Positions 1 to 12,270 of a stretch of DNA of 64,000 bases are shown here, piece after piece. Position 1 is the first letter of the stretch, and every line of letters begins with the position of its first letter. The DNA is from the human T2T-CHM13v2.0 reference genome, Homo sapiens. The DNA lies in NCBI RefSeq assembly GCF_009914755.1, contig NC_060925.1; one strand, written 5' to 3'. Made by a program: the position numbers and the translations under genes. The notes beneath the pieces were generated by a model. That model was given only the letters and a program-made list of their open reading frames with translations, was not told where the DNA came from and made no database searches.

Positions 1-513
1 AACTTTACAAGCGTTTGATAACATACTCTTCATTTTGTATCATGCTTCTTGTTGCATGTCTGCATCTCCCACTGCACTACAGGCTTCTCAAGGACAGAAT
101 GATAATCCCCAGACTATTACTTTGATGTTTTGAAATAGAGAAATACAAGATTTGATTAGGATTAATAGTGAACTCAGAAAAAGGATATAAATGTTCAAGA
201 GACAGCTTTCTAAAGAAAGCTTAGAAAGGTTACAAACAATTCACGAAAAAAATAAAAGCCAATAAACATGTTTAAAATGCTTGATCTCACACAAATCAAA
301 GATTATTGTAACAAGTAAGAACACAAATTGAAAATATTTTTTAAAATTGTAGTAGCCTATACAAAAGAGTTGTGGAGAAAGTGGCTCTACCAAACTCTTT
401 TTGTGGGAGTAAAAATGACTACAATACATCTAGAGAACATGTTGGTGATAAATATTGTGATCTTATAAATGTTTTCTGTTCCAAAAATTCCACATCCTAA
501 GAAATCATCATAA

Positions 514-600
514 ACATACATAAACATGCATTATGTGTATTTACATGCATAAACACACATTATGTATGTTTACATACATAAACATACTTTATGTAAAGTA
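514..600. repeat. Imperfect 29-bp tandem repeat, 3 copies
   Basis: Units acatacataaacatgcattatgtgtattt, acatgcataaacacacattatgtatgttt and acatacataaacatactttatgtaaagta at 514, 543 and 572. Confidence 0.8.
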
Positions 601-1159
601 TACATTTCGTGTATGATAGGATAACATTGGCTACATCTTCAATGTCCAAAAATTTCAGATCAGTTAAATAAATTAACATGAAATATAATATGCAGACATT
701 AAAATGATACCAACAAAAGGATGTTTATTGGTATAAAAATTTAGGAAATATTTAGAGAAACTGATTATATTATTTAATAATGCAAGATATGGGCACTATG
801 ATCCCATTCATAACATCTTTCTACCCATTAGGAATAACACAGAAAATTATAGGTATTTATCATAACTAAAATGCAACAATTTTGGATGGTACTTTCCATG
901 TATTACAGTCTCTCCAGTATACATTTGTTTTCATCTGTTAGCAGAAACATTTGATGAAACTAAAATTAAAATAAAAATTGCTGAAGTTAATGTAACTTGG
1001 GATAGGAGGTAGAGCATCTTTTTCCCTGGAGGAAGCAGTAGGGCTGAGGACCAATGGGACTCTGAAACTGAGAATATAATGGCAGAGCTGGGGCCAATCA
1101 AGTGGCCATGATACTTGGGAGATTGGGTATATACAGAGAGATTGAGCGAATAAGTAAAT

Positions 1160-2150
1160 ATATTGGGTCTTTCTAATGATTAGATTCAACTTTTGCACCT
1201 TTGGCAGAAATGAAACAGAAATGACAGAATTCTTCCCATTGCCTGCTATCAGGGGCTCACAGTATCAACTGGTCTCATTAATGTTAATTTGAATTTCTTT
1301 GATTAAAGTGGAACTTTGGGTCTTCTCCACAGGAAAGTTATATTCTCCTCTTTGAAAGATTCATCAGGAACAAGATATTTACAGAGTTTCAAAATATGGC
1401 CCCACAAAATATCCTTATTAATCAATTTAATGTAATCAAATTAATTTACTTAATTGATTAATGTCAGTATGGATTCATAAATTCCCATTTTATTCAATGC
1501 ATTATTATCTACTACTGTCATGTTTTCATATTTATATTATCTTGGATTTTGCCATTGGAAACCCTTTCATGCCGATTTCTGTGTTCTTATGACATGACAT
1601 GTCATCATCATTCTTTGAGCACTTCCTTACTTTCTGGCAAAACCAAATGTTCTGACTTACCTACTACTTCTGTTGTGCCAAGCCTAGAATCAACCATTCT
1701 GCAGGTAACCATGGAGGAACATGGTATTTACTTATTTAATTATTATTATTATTATTTTTTTTTTTTGGAGATGGAGTCTTGCTCTGTTGCCCAGGCTGGA
1801 CTGTAGTAGCATGATCTTGGCTCACTGCAACCTCCACCTCCTGGGTTCAAGCAATTCTCCTGCGTCAGCCTCCTGAGTAGCTGGATTACAGGTGTCAGCC
1901 ACCATGCCCAGCAAAATTTTTCTGTATTTTTAGTAGAGACAGGGTTTTACCAGGTTGGCCATGTTCGTCTCAAACTCCTGACCTCATGATCCGCCTGCCT
2001 CGGCCTCCCAAAGTGCTGGGATTTCAGGCGTGAGCCACCATGCCCGGCCCAGAACATGGTATTTAGAAACCAGTCTGACTGCTAGATATGTTCTTTGCTA
2101 CAAGGACACTGTTGTTCGTTTTGCCATCTCAGTTAACAGATCAAGAAAAT
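1160..2150 (-). mobile_element. Old LINE-1 3' region (L1MC/L1MD-like), interrupted by an Alu
   Basis: Segments such as cctagaatcaaccattct...atggtatttagaaacc resemble the recalled L1MC-type 3'UTR and continue on both sides of the Alu. Boundaries approximate. Confidence 0.6.
1731..2050 (-). mobile_element. Alu, S-class (AluSg-like)
   Basis: Full dimeric Alu on the minus strand with a (TAT)n/T tail. Perfect 14-bp TSD gaacatggtattta at 1717-1730 and 2052-2065. Confidence 0.95.
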
Positions 2151-2198
2151 AGGTGTAGGTGTATACATACATGCATTCATACACATATACACATTTAT

Positions 2199-2385
2199 TT
2201 TTTATTTATTTATTTTTTAATTATACTTTAAGTTTTAGGGTACATGTGCACATTGTGCAGGTTAGTTACATATGTTTATATGTGCCATGCTGGTGCGCTG
2301 CACCCACTAACTCATCATCTAGCATGAGGTATATCTCCCAATGCTATCCCTCCCCCCTCCCCCCACCCCACCACAGTCCCCAGAG
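2199..2385 (-). mobile_element. Very short 5'-truncated young L1 (L1PA2-like 3' end)
   Basis: ttatactttaagttttagggtacatgtgcacattgtgcagg...ccacagtccccagag, with the GAG-type rather than Ta ACA diagnostic. Perfect 17-bp TSD cacatatacacatttat at 2182-2198 and 2386-2402. Confidence 0.93.
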
Positions 2386-3296
2386 CACATATACACATTT
2401 ATATCTGTATTTATTTTCTATATCTTGCTACTTACACTAAAAAACTGAATTCACACACCAATATTTTCAATTCCAATTCACTACCAAATTGTCCATTCTA
2501 TTCTCCCTTTCCTTATTTGTAATTCCTTCTCCAACGTTACCCTCATTATTCCTAATGCATTTTTTCATTTCAAGTTCTTATATATAACCAGACTCTTATT
2601 GCTAGCCCTCATCCTTGCACAGATACCTTTCTCATTCCGCTCAGAACTAAAGCATCTTGTTAAAGAGTGCTTCTGTGTACATCATCATCCCCACCTTGAA
2701 TATGGCTGTTTTCCTCTTCTTACTCCAGCTCCAGTATCTCACCCTGGGCTGCTGTGGCCCCTGCAGACCTATCCCTCACCTCGGGCAGATGCCTACCTTC
2801 CTGGGCCCCTTGGCTTTTGAATTAAAATATTTGGGAAGGAAAGGAGGAAGATAGAGAATGGAAGGAATAGTAAAAAGACAGAATAGAAGAGAAGAGAGGT
2901 TGAAAGCAGAAAAGGAAGAGAGAAGTTTAGAAATTCTTATCTTGAAACTCTGAAGCATTAGTTTTTGGAATTTTCATCTGAAAGCAAATCAAGACTCAAG
3001 TTTGTGTCGAAGACAAGAATCACATAGATTTAATCTATAGTTTGTTGTAACTTACATGTATTTATTAGTATTGATAGTCCTTCCAGTCATTTTACAATAT
3101 ATTTCTGAACAAAGTATATTACACAATTAGGATCCATGTCATTTAGCAATTTTTATAAAATCAAAATGAATTGACATGTATTATATTAACTAATGGTTAT
3201 TAAATTACATTTTAGAATATTTAGTATACTAGCATTTTGAGGCATTCTGTAAAATACTATTTCCAAAGTTAAGGCAATTGTTTGAAACTTTTTTAG

Positions 3297-3643
<347 letters not shown>

Positions 3644-4589
3644 CTAATGACATATTTAGCATCATTTTTAGATAATACAAACTCTGTATCTAAGGCATGT
3701 TAAAATTATTTAGTTGGCTATCAAAGTGTTCAATCATTTAACTTAGAAAGTTCATTCATTTATTTTATTCAATAAAATGCTTTACAAACTTAAATATATA
3801 CCTAGCATTATTTAGTATTGTTAGTATAAAACCTAATATATAAAATATTTTTTTAAAAATATAGCATTTTAGCCTGGTAGTGGCATGGGGGGTATATTTT
3901 GTGAATTAATATTCAAGGAGATATTCTTTAAACTAAGTCACGACATGATCATTGTGAGTCTAAGTCAGCACTTAATAATGAATGACAATAGAATCAAAGA
4001 GAATATGAGTAATTGCACAAAGGAATCATTTGTATTTACATGTTCTGTGAAATATTTATTTTAGTTAAATGTGTGCTATGCTTCTTTGAATCTATCTACT
4101 GGATCACTATGTAAAATATTTCTTAGTGCTCACTGCCAAAATAATTGAAAACTACTGACTCAAAGGCTAATCAAAATTTTCAATATGATATCTAAGATGA
4201 AAGAAACTTTCCAACAGATAAAGAAATAAATACCAAGTAGGTAGACAAATTGAATAACATAAATGTACTGAAAGCAATAATAAATAGTAGTTCAACATTT
4301 TTCTCAGTATTAAGGAACTGTCACTGAGCATTGCTCAGTAGGTATTGCTAGAAATGAATGCATTTCCCCCCAATTGCTGACTCAGAAATGCATCATGATT
4401 TTGCCCTTGGGTGGTGCACTGATGGTATTCTTACTTCCAGTGTAAGTTGCAGAGTGAGCAAAAAAGAATCTAGAAAAAAAATGCTTTTTTGCAATAATAA
4501 AATATGTCACTGAATGCATGGGTGTCAGAACACTCCCACATATTTTTAGTTCTTATCCAGTTGTCCCTAATGAGGAACAAGTAAACAGA

Positions 4590-4790
4590 ATTAGAATTCA
4601 AAAGATCTGGATTTGGTATGACCTCTGCAATTCTACCAGATGGTACAACTCCAAGGGACACCATTCGCATAGAACACAATGTACAGGGAATACATTTTGC
4701 AGTACAGGCCCTGAGGCCACTGTTCCTCTGCCACTGCCACAACTGTGGAAGCAATGGTTCTGAACCTTCATTTCATCATCTGGAAATATG
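4590..4790 (+). mobile_element. MIR relic with a nested MER91-like (hAT) fragment at ~4640-4715
   Basis: aaaagatctggattt and ctgaaccttcatttcatcatctggaaat resemble the MIR core. tacaactccaagggacaccattcgcatagaacacaatgt resembles recalled MER91 (cacaactccagggggcgccattcacat). Confidence 0.5.
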
Positions 4791-4916
4791 TGAACTGAGT
4801 TTGTCTTGTTCATATTCATTAAGTATAATGGGCCATGTTGGCTCATGAAGAAAGAGTAATCACTCTTGGAAGCTTTACAATTCTCCTTTTCATTATGTTT
4901 CTTCCCTGTCTCTGGT

Positions 4917-5424
4917 GCAGTTTTAGGTTCATAGCAAAATTGAGAGAAATGTGCAGAGATTTCCCATGTGCCTGTTACCCACACACAAGCATAGCCTTCA
5001 GCATTATCTCCCATCAGAGTGACACATTTGTTATAATTTATGAACTACATTGACACACCTTTATCACGAAAAGTCCATAATATGTGTAAGAGTTTATCTT
5101 GGTGTTGACTATTCTATGAGTTTGGACAAATACATAATGACAGGTATCCACCGTTGTAGTATCATACACAATAGTTTCACTGCCCTAAAATCCTCTGTGC
5201 TCTGCCTATTCATTCCCTCCCTGCCCCAATCCCTGACAACTACTGATCTTTTTGTCGTCCATAGTTTGCTTTTTCTACAGAATGTCATATAGTAGGAATC
5301 ATACATAGCCTTTTCAGATAGGCTCCTATCACTTAGTAATGTATTTCAGTTTCTTCTATGTCTTTTTATGGCTTGATAGCTCACTTCTTTTTAGTGCAGA
5401 GTAATATTCCATTGTCTGGATGTA
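4917..5424 (-). mobile_element. L1MC1-like 3' end
   Basis: cagttttaggttcatagcaaaattgag...atagtttcactgccctaaaatcctctgtgctctgcctattc matches the recalled L1MC1/2 3'UTR. Confidence 0.75.
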
Positions 5425-5469
5425 TTTTTTGAAAAATAGTATGTTAATTTTATTCAAAATGACAATTTT

Positions 5470-6370
5470 TGACTCAGATTTTTTTAGAACAGCTTTATAT
5501 TTGCAGAAAAAATGTAAAGATAGTACAGGAAGGTCTCATATATCTCATACTCTGTGTCTCCTATTATCAACATCATATATTGGTATGGTACATTTGTCAC
5601 AATTAATGAATGAATATTGCTACATTATTAAGTAAAGTCCTTGTTTTATTCAGATTTCCTTGGTTTTTAACTTACTGCTTTTTTTCTTTTCTGGGATCCT
5701 ATCCAGATTGTCATATATAGGTTAACTGTCATGTTTTCTTAGGTTCCACTTGACTGTGACAATTTTTGATGACTATGAAAATTTTGAGATGTAGTTGCAT
5801 TTAAAAAAATAAGTATATTTAAATCTGTTTTTTTTTTTTACATAGTAATGGGGTCTTGATGTACTGCCTTAGACTGGCCTCAAACTCCTGAGCTTAAGCA
5901 ATCCTCCTGCCTCACCCTTCTGAGTAGCTAGGACCAAAGGCATGTGCCATCATGCCTAGCTAAGGAGTACTGGTATCTTGTCCAATGTACCTCAGTTGGG
6001 ATTTGCCTGATATCATGGTTAGGTTGGGTTTATGAGTTTTGGGGAGGAAGACCATAGCCATAAAGTACAATCAAAATGACTTATCACTATTAATGTTAAC
6101 CTTGATCACCTGGCTGAGGTGTGTTTGTCAAGTTTGTCTATGGTAAAGTTATTCCTCCCCACTTTTTCTGAATTGTGCCGTTTAGAAGGAAGTCACCGTA
6201 TGACTTACATGGAGTGAGGAGTTATGCTCCACCTTCTTGGGTGGGGTGACTTTTCTGCATAATTTGGGATTCTTTGGACAAAAGATGTGTCTAATCTCCC
6301 CCCATTTTCTTATTTAATCAATTGTTTTTATTAGCGGGAACTCCTGAATATTTATTTTAGACTTTGGATT
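5470..6370 (-). mobile_element. Second old L1 3' end (L1MC/L1MD-like), interrupted by a FLAM
   Basis: ggtacatttgtcacaattaatgaa and gttaaccttgatcacctggctgaggt motifs, typical of these 3'UTRs. Confidence 0.7.
5828..5960 (-). mobile_element. FLAM (monomeric Alu)
   Basis: A ~130-bp single monomer: poly-T, ggggtcttg...caaactcctgagcttaagcaatcctcctgcctca...catgcctagc. Confidence 0.8.
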
Positions 6371-6399
6371 TCATAAAGTTTTTAGGTTATGGAAAACTC

Positions 6400-6830
6400 C
6401 CTTGATTTTATTTAGATCTCTTATCTTACCAGCTCAGCTCTTGCCACTTCTTACCACATACTCAAAATTCTAGGCACAGGAAACACTTCTCTGTTTGCAG
6501 ACATGCCACTCAGACATCTCTCTGTCTTCACACACTATTTCTTCACCTGGAATTCCCTTTTCCATATACTGTAGTTGAATTCATGTCAGTTCTTTGAGAT
6601 CTAGCTCATATAACTGCCTGGAAATTAGACTTTATTTTCCCTTCCTTGGAAGTTTATGTATATACCTTTATAGTAGTATTTATCACATTATCTAATATTT
6701 GTTTGCTTGTTTATCTTCCTCACTATATTGTGAAGTCATTGTGATACAGGCTATTCCTTACTCTATTCTCCAGTAGCTAGCTCTCTGCCTAAGAAAGTTC
6801 TTGACAATATACAATATTTGAATGGATGGA
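6400..6830 (+). mobile_element. L2 3' end relic
   Basis: Ends in tttgtttgcttgtttatcttcctcacta...atatttgaatggatgga, typical of an L2 tail. Confidence 0.55.
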
Positions 6831-7099
6831 CAAGAAATAGAATTTCGCTAGTTAATGAAGCTGATTTTAGAAGGACTCTCTTGAGTCCTTTCTTTAGAAA
6901 AATGACATCGTGGTTCTGCTGTTAATACAATATACAATTTGAGTTGTTTTTATCTTCTTATAATGATGTGTTTATTCTGATCATGTAGACTTCCATATGC
7001 AGTAATCTTTTAAGATCAGGCATTTGTGAGATGGCTGTCCAGAGTGAAGAATGCAGTTCCTAGCCAAAGAGCAGCCTTTCCCTCTGTGAGGAGAACATA

Positions 7100-7177
7100 T
7101 CCCCCAAGGCAGGAATGGAAACCAGAGTGACCTTGGCCTCATTAGTAGACTGCCTTAACCAGCTGAGCTAACCAGCC
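7100..7177 (-). mobile_element. tRNA-Ile(AAT)-derived head of an ancient SINE (MamSINE1-like), or a tRNA pseudogene
   Basis: The minus strand reads ggctggttagctcagctggttaaggcagtctactaatgaggccaaggtcactctggtttccattcc, which aligns to tRNA-Ile GGCCGGTTAGCTCAGTTGGTTAGAGCGTGGTGCTAATAACGCCAAGGTCGCGGGTTCGATCCC. Confidence 0.75.
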
Positions 7178-7604
7178 AGACTACAAAGATGGCAGGAAAG
7201 AAATCTAACAAACATAGACATTCACTTTGTAACATATAAAGTACAGTCTGTATTGACACACACAAACTGGCTTGACTGTTTTGACTGTCAAGTAGTCAAG
7301 AAAATATTTAAGTCAGTCAAAAAGCAGTCAAGTTGCCCAACAAGCATGTCTGACTTTCTTTTTTTCTCTGACTAGATTTTGAGTGCTGATTTGACTGGTT
7401 TGTGTTTGTAGAAACAGTCACATTTTCCTTGCCAAAAGAGAATGCTTTTTTTCACTGAGACTTAATGAAATAACTGTTACATCATATAAATTCATTTCCT
7501 TAAGCATATGTGTCAGACTATCAAATCAGTTAAGGAAAAGTCTCATCTTTTTTTCTCTTTGAAATTATGGATGGGCTAGTTTGGTTCCAAATTAAGTGAA
7601 TTCA

Positions 7605-7620
7605 TAGTGCCATCTAGTGC
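7605..7620 (-). promoter_or_regulatory. Candidate CTCF site
   Basis: Minus strand GCACTAGATGGCACTA, one mismatch to the CCACTAGATGGCACTA core. Motif only. Confidence 0.45.
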
Positions 7621-9629
7621 TTCAAAACAGAATTATCGGAGCAACTGTGGAGATACCTTAAATCAGGCATTGGCTTTAACACATTATCTTCAATTCTATG
7701 TTTAAAAGAGTCACCTAGCTGATCCAGGCTAGCATTTTCTTTTTTGGATTATTACAAGTTGATTGGGTATTGAAGTTTTATCACATTTACTGATGTGAGA
7801 AGTCATTGATTAAAGTATAGCTTGAAAAGAACCCCCAAAACATAACCAAAAACATATATCCCTTTTATTTTTAAGAGTATTAAGGATGAAACTAACCCAC
7901 AAATAAAACCAAACGGTGCTTCATAAGATAGATGATGAAAATCACAACCATATATAAATTAAATCTCCTCCCACCCAAACAAGATGAAGTAAAACAGAGG
8001 ATCGATGTGATTTTATTTCATGTGCTTTTGAAATATACGTTCTCAGAGAGGCTTTAGAACCGAGATACAAAGAGGAAAATGTTCACTGAAGAGAATAAAC
8101 AACACATAGATGAGAGAATTGTTTCCACCTCAAGTAAACAAACAAACCTCTATTTTCCAAACAGTTTCTGCCTTGATTGCCGTCCATTCCTTTATAAAAT
8201 GGTGGCAATATTTTCAGAACTTTATGTAAAATTTATGAGGGAAACAGGCATAGTTAAGACACTCTTGATTTGGAACCATTGCTGATCAAGGGACAAAATG
8301 TGACATATTTACATATTTTTCTTCAGAATTGAAATAGAATAATGTTTTCTATTTCTCTGCACATTAAAATTTTAAAAGCCCTTGCATGTGTTATTTCATC
8401 TCCCAACCACACTGTGCAGTATCATTAGCCTCATTTTAGAGTGGGTAGCCGAATTAGCATTCAAACCCTGTCTCATACCCTCCAATGCACTGACAAAGCT
8501 ACATGTGCCTTTGCCTTTTTTTTTCCTTAGGGGTTTTTGAGAGCTTAGATCTGAAACAGTAAGAAGAGGAGTAGGGTTAGGAAGTGAGTGTAAGGGGAGG
8601 AAGAATTAAATGCATACATAGGGAGAGAGGGTCACTCACACTGCCTGCAAGAGAGGCAAGCAGGGAAAGCCTTATGCAAAGTTTCATACAGAGCGTCATC
8701 ACCCATGGTGTCGGAGTTATCTAGAGAATGGGACAATAATTACGACTGTTGTAAACAATCCAGCCTTAATGAAATATCCTTAAATACAATATTCAGAAGT
8801 ATCAAACACTAAATGAGAATTCCTAAAGAGTGGATGAAAATTCAGTACAGAGATCCATTAACGTATTGAGTAGCTTTATATCAATTGCTGCTAGTCATAT
8901 GTAATCAATTTCTTTTTCCTACCCATTCTTGTTCATTTCAGATAATTCACTTTGGTTTTGATGTTACTAGAGATGCAAAGTTGTATTTTATAAATATTTT
9001 TCAGTTAAAAATTGTTTCATAGTATAGGTTTTAAAATGTGATAATAAAGCTTCATTTTGAATAGAGTTTTGCTTTAATCATTGTAGATCAGCCTTAATGT
9101 ACTCAATTAAAAGTAGTTTTCTCATTATCATAAATGTTCTAATATGCATTTCCACCTATCCCTAATTGCCTATCCTAGGGGAAAGTCCTTTGCCATTGCA
9201 GCACTAAGTCACCGTAAATGAAAAAGCATGCTTAAATACTAAAATATTTATGATCTAGTCTACTTGCATTATCAACTCATCACAACTTATTGGTAAGCAA
9301 TTGCAGTGCCTCTTGGCTAAAAAAGCAATGCCAGAAGTGGTAAGGCTCATGCTGACAGCTGTGTCTGGGCTGTTGCTAGCTACTTCAGTACTCTTTGCCC
9401 TTGGCAAAGAACTTAGCGAGAGAACAATAAAACATATTGTTGTAAAACAGTAAAAGGTACCCAGTTTGCCAGTTTGCATATTTCTCTGCAGCTACCCATG
9501 ATACAGGTAGCTATGGGCAGAGCTTGCAGCTTTGCCAGACTTGCTGGCTTTGAACAAAAGTATTTTGTTTCAGGCCATTCTATTGGGTGGGTTCCTGTGG
9601 GTATTTTGAGGAAGACTAGGGAAAGAGGT

Positions 9630-9659
9630 GTTTGTGTGTTTGTGTGTGTGTGTGTGTGT
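9630..9659. repeat. (TG)n microsatellite
   Basis: Interrupted TG run seen directly. Confidence 0.9.
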
Positions 9660-11463
9660 TTTACTTTGTTTTTACTGTTTTTTAACAACAAATCATGAAT
9701 TAATTTACCCCATACGAAACCTAAACAAAGGAAAAAAGCCTTTGGGAATCATCTTTGAAAAGAGCTGGCAGCCAGGAGAAAGAAAGAAGTTTGCTACAGC
9801 AGTTAGGAGAACATATTTGTTTGACTGAATTTATTTTTTATCATCCACTGTAAGCTTTCATTTGACTTAGCTGTTGTGCTTTGTGCCACAAAGCTAGGTC
9901 TGTCCATGTCATGGAGGCCCTCCTTCCTGGAATCTCAGTCCACCAGCACAGTATAAACTTCCATTTACAGTGAACGCGTGGAATACCTTGGCTGTGCTGG
10001 CAGAAAAAGGGAGCTGATGCCAAGTGAGCTGCAACCACAAAAAAATCATCCAGAAAAAATTTGCAACTCAGAATGAGCTAATAAAGAAATCTGTTTTTTG
10101 ATGTTTCTGGAACAAAAGCATGAATTATTTTAAATTTTATTTTATTTTATTTATTTATTTATTTTTTGCTTTCCTGAAAATATCAGCCTTCTGTCTTGTC
10201 TAAACTTTTGCAGGGTATTACCAAAAACCATCTTTGGTATTGAACATGTTTAAACTTTATTATCCTCTTGTAAATCTGGCATCTGTGGGTAGATTCCAGA
10301 AATCAACCATCTCTGCATCATCTAGAGGACAGCACAGAGCCTTGCATGCAGTATCTGTGGATGGTCATTTGTTGAATGCATGAATTTACAAAACATACTA
10401 GCCATTTATAAAAAGATTTTTTGAAATTAAATTAAGGTGAAAACAGTAAAAGATAATGTTATATATTAAACAAGCATCTTCTAGAAGTGGCATAACATAG
10501 GTAAATATGTAATTTGTGCAAGTATCAGTGAAAGTACCCAACCAAGTTTCATACCTATGTATCTGTTCTCCCTTAATTATATTTTAGTTTTTCTGTGGGC
10601 CATCAAAAACAGCCAACTTTCTCTATTTTTAAAAAATATAATTTTAAAAAATTATTCTCTTTGTTACAAAATGAAAGTCCAATCTAAAAGCAGATAATGA
10701 CTTTGAAAGGAAATAAAAATTAACATTGGTTTAAGTCTAACTATGTTCAAGGAACTTAATTTTGTGTGTGCTTGTATTGTCTATAAATTGGCATGCAATG
10801 ATGAAACAGCAAATTCAAATTAATTAGTACATGGACTTCTTTAACTATAGCTGCTGTAAGTGTAGGAAACATTTGATTGTATAAAAAAGTAGATAATTGC
10901 AGGCTTGCTTTTTTTTCTTCTTGCCTCCCTCTCTCTTTTTTAAATAGAGATTTAAGAGAACAGAAGTTTTTCTCCTATCAAAATTCATGGCAGCATATAA
11001 AATCCTGCTCAAAATAGTCATGTGTGATGAGGTGATTCCCAGTGCATGTTTGGAAGGATGTTCCATCTTCTCAGGTACCATATTTGCACAGATCTATGTT
11101 GCTAAAGCTATGGAAATATCATAGTTGAAGAACGTTGATAATTGCAGACTGAAGAATTGACAGCACTCTGTAATTAACACATTCAGTTCAGGTAGGCATA
11201 GATACCCAGTTGAGAACAACCACCACAGGACGTTGTCTAGCATAAAATACATAGCAGAACTCATGTATGGATACACGCACATGTGCACACACACAAACAA
11301 ATAAGCTACAAAAGAGGAGCTAGACAACCAAGACCAAAACATTTTTTTAGATGTATCTGGCTAAGGTTTTCATGTCATTGAGTAAGAACTGACATCTAAG
11401 AATAGTACTACAATACAGTTTATACCTAGACAGTTAAAATACAACTATTATTTGGTTGGCATG

Positions 11464-12270
11464 TGTTATGGACTTAATGTTTGTGTCTCCCCAGAGTTCA
11501 TATGTTGAAATCCTGTCTACCAATGTGATGGTGTTTGGAGGTGAGGGCTTAGAGTTGGATTAGGCCATGAGGGTGGGACCGTCATGATGAGGTTAATGCT
11601 CTCAACGACATTATGCTAAGTGAGATAAGCCAGGCACAAAAAAGACAAATACTGCATGATCTCACTTATACGTGGAATCTAAAAAAATCAGTCTCAGAAA
11701 CAGAGTAGAAAGTTGGTTGCTAGAGGCTAATTAAGTGGGGAGAGCAGAGAAGAGTGGGATGGGAAAAAAGGACATATTGGTTAAAGACTACAAAGTTTCA
11801 GTTCAGTTAGAATGAAGGAATACATTTTTGTGATCTATTGTACTATATAGTGACTATACTTAATAATAAGGTATTGTATATTTTTTAATTGATTATAAAT
11901 AGATTTTAAACATTCTCACCACAATGTAAGGGATAAACTGGCTTGATTTAATCTTTCTACAATGTATACATGGATCAAAAGATAACATTGTATCCCATAT
12001 ACAATTATCATGTGTCAATTTGAAAATGATAAAAAAATTAGATGAAACAAACAAAAAAAAAAGAGGCATAGATCTCTCTCTCTCTCTCTGCCATGTAAGA
12101 ATACAACAAGAAGGTGGCCATTTGTGAGCCAGGAAGAGCCCTCACCACACACTTGGTTTGCAGGTACCTTGATCTTGGATTTTCTAGCCTCCAAAACTGT
12201 GAGAAATAAATGTTTGCTGTTTAAGCCAACCAGTCTATGATAATTTGTTATAGAAGACCAAACTGACTGC
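11464..12270 (+). mobile_element. MLT1A0-like MaLR solo LTR, split by an L1
   Basis: The 5' part tgttatggacttaatgtttgtgtc runs to ~11603. The 3' part ctgccatgtaag...aaactgtgagaaataaatgtttgctgtttaagcc runs from ~12063. Confidence 0.85.
11606..12062 (+). mobile_element. L1MA (MA8/9-like) 3' end nested in the MLT1A0
   Basis: gacattatgctaagtgagataagccaggcacaaaaagacaaatactgcatgatctcactt... ending in an A-rich tail. Confidence 0.85.

Noticed and set aside
1417-1462. attaatcaatt...aattgattaat hairpin
   Set aside because: A short AT-rich inverted repeat within an old L1 relic, plausible by chance or local slippage.
4470-5014. Cys/His-rich overlapping ORFs suggesting an exon or pseudogene
   Set aside because: Better explained by MIR, MER91 and L1MC relics, with no recognisable protein.
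7100-7177. Functional tRNA-Ile gene
   Set aside because: The T-arm/B box and the acceptor and anticodon stems are disrupted.
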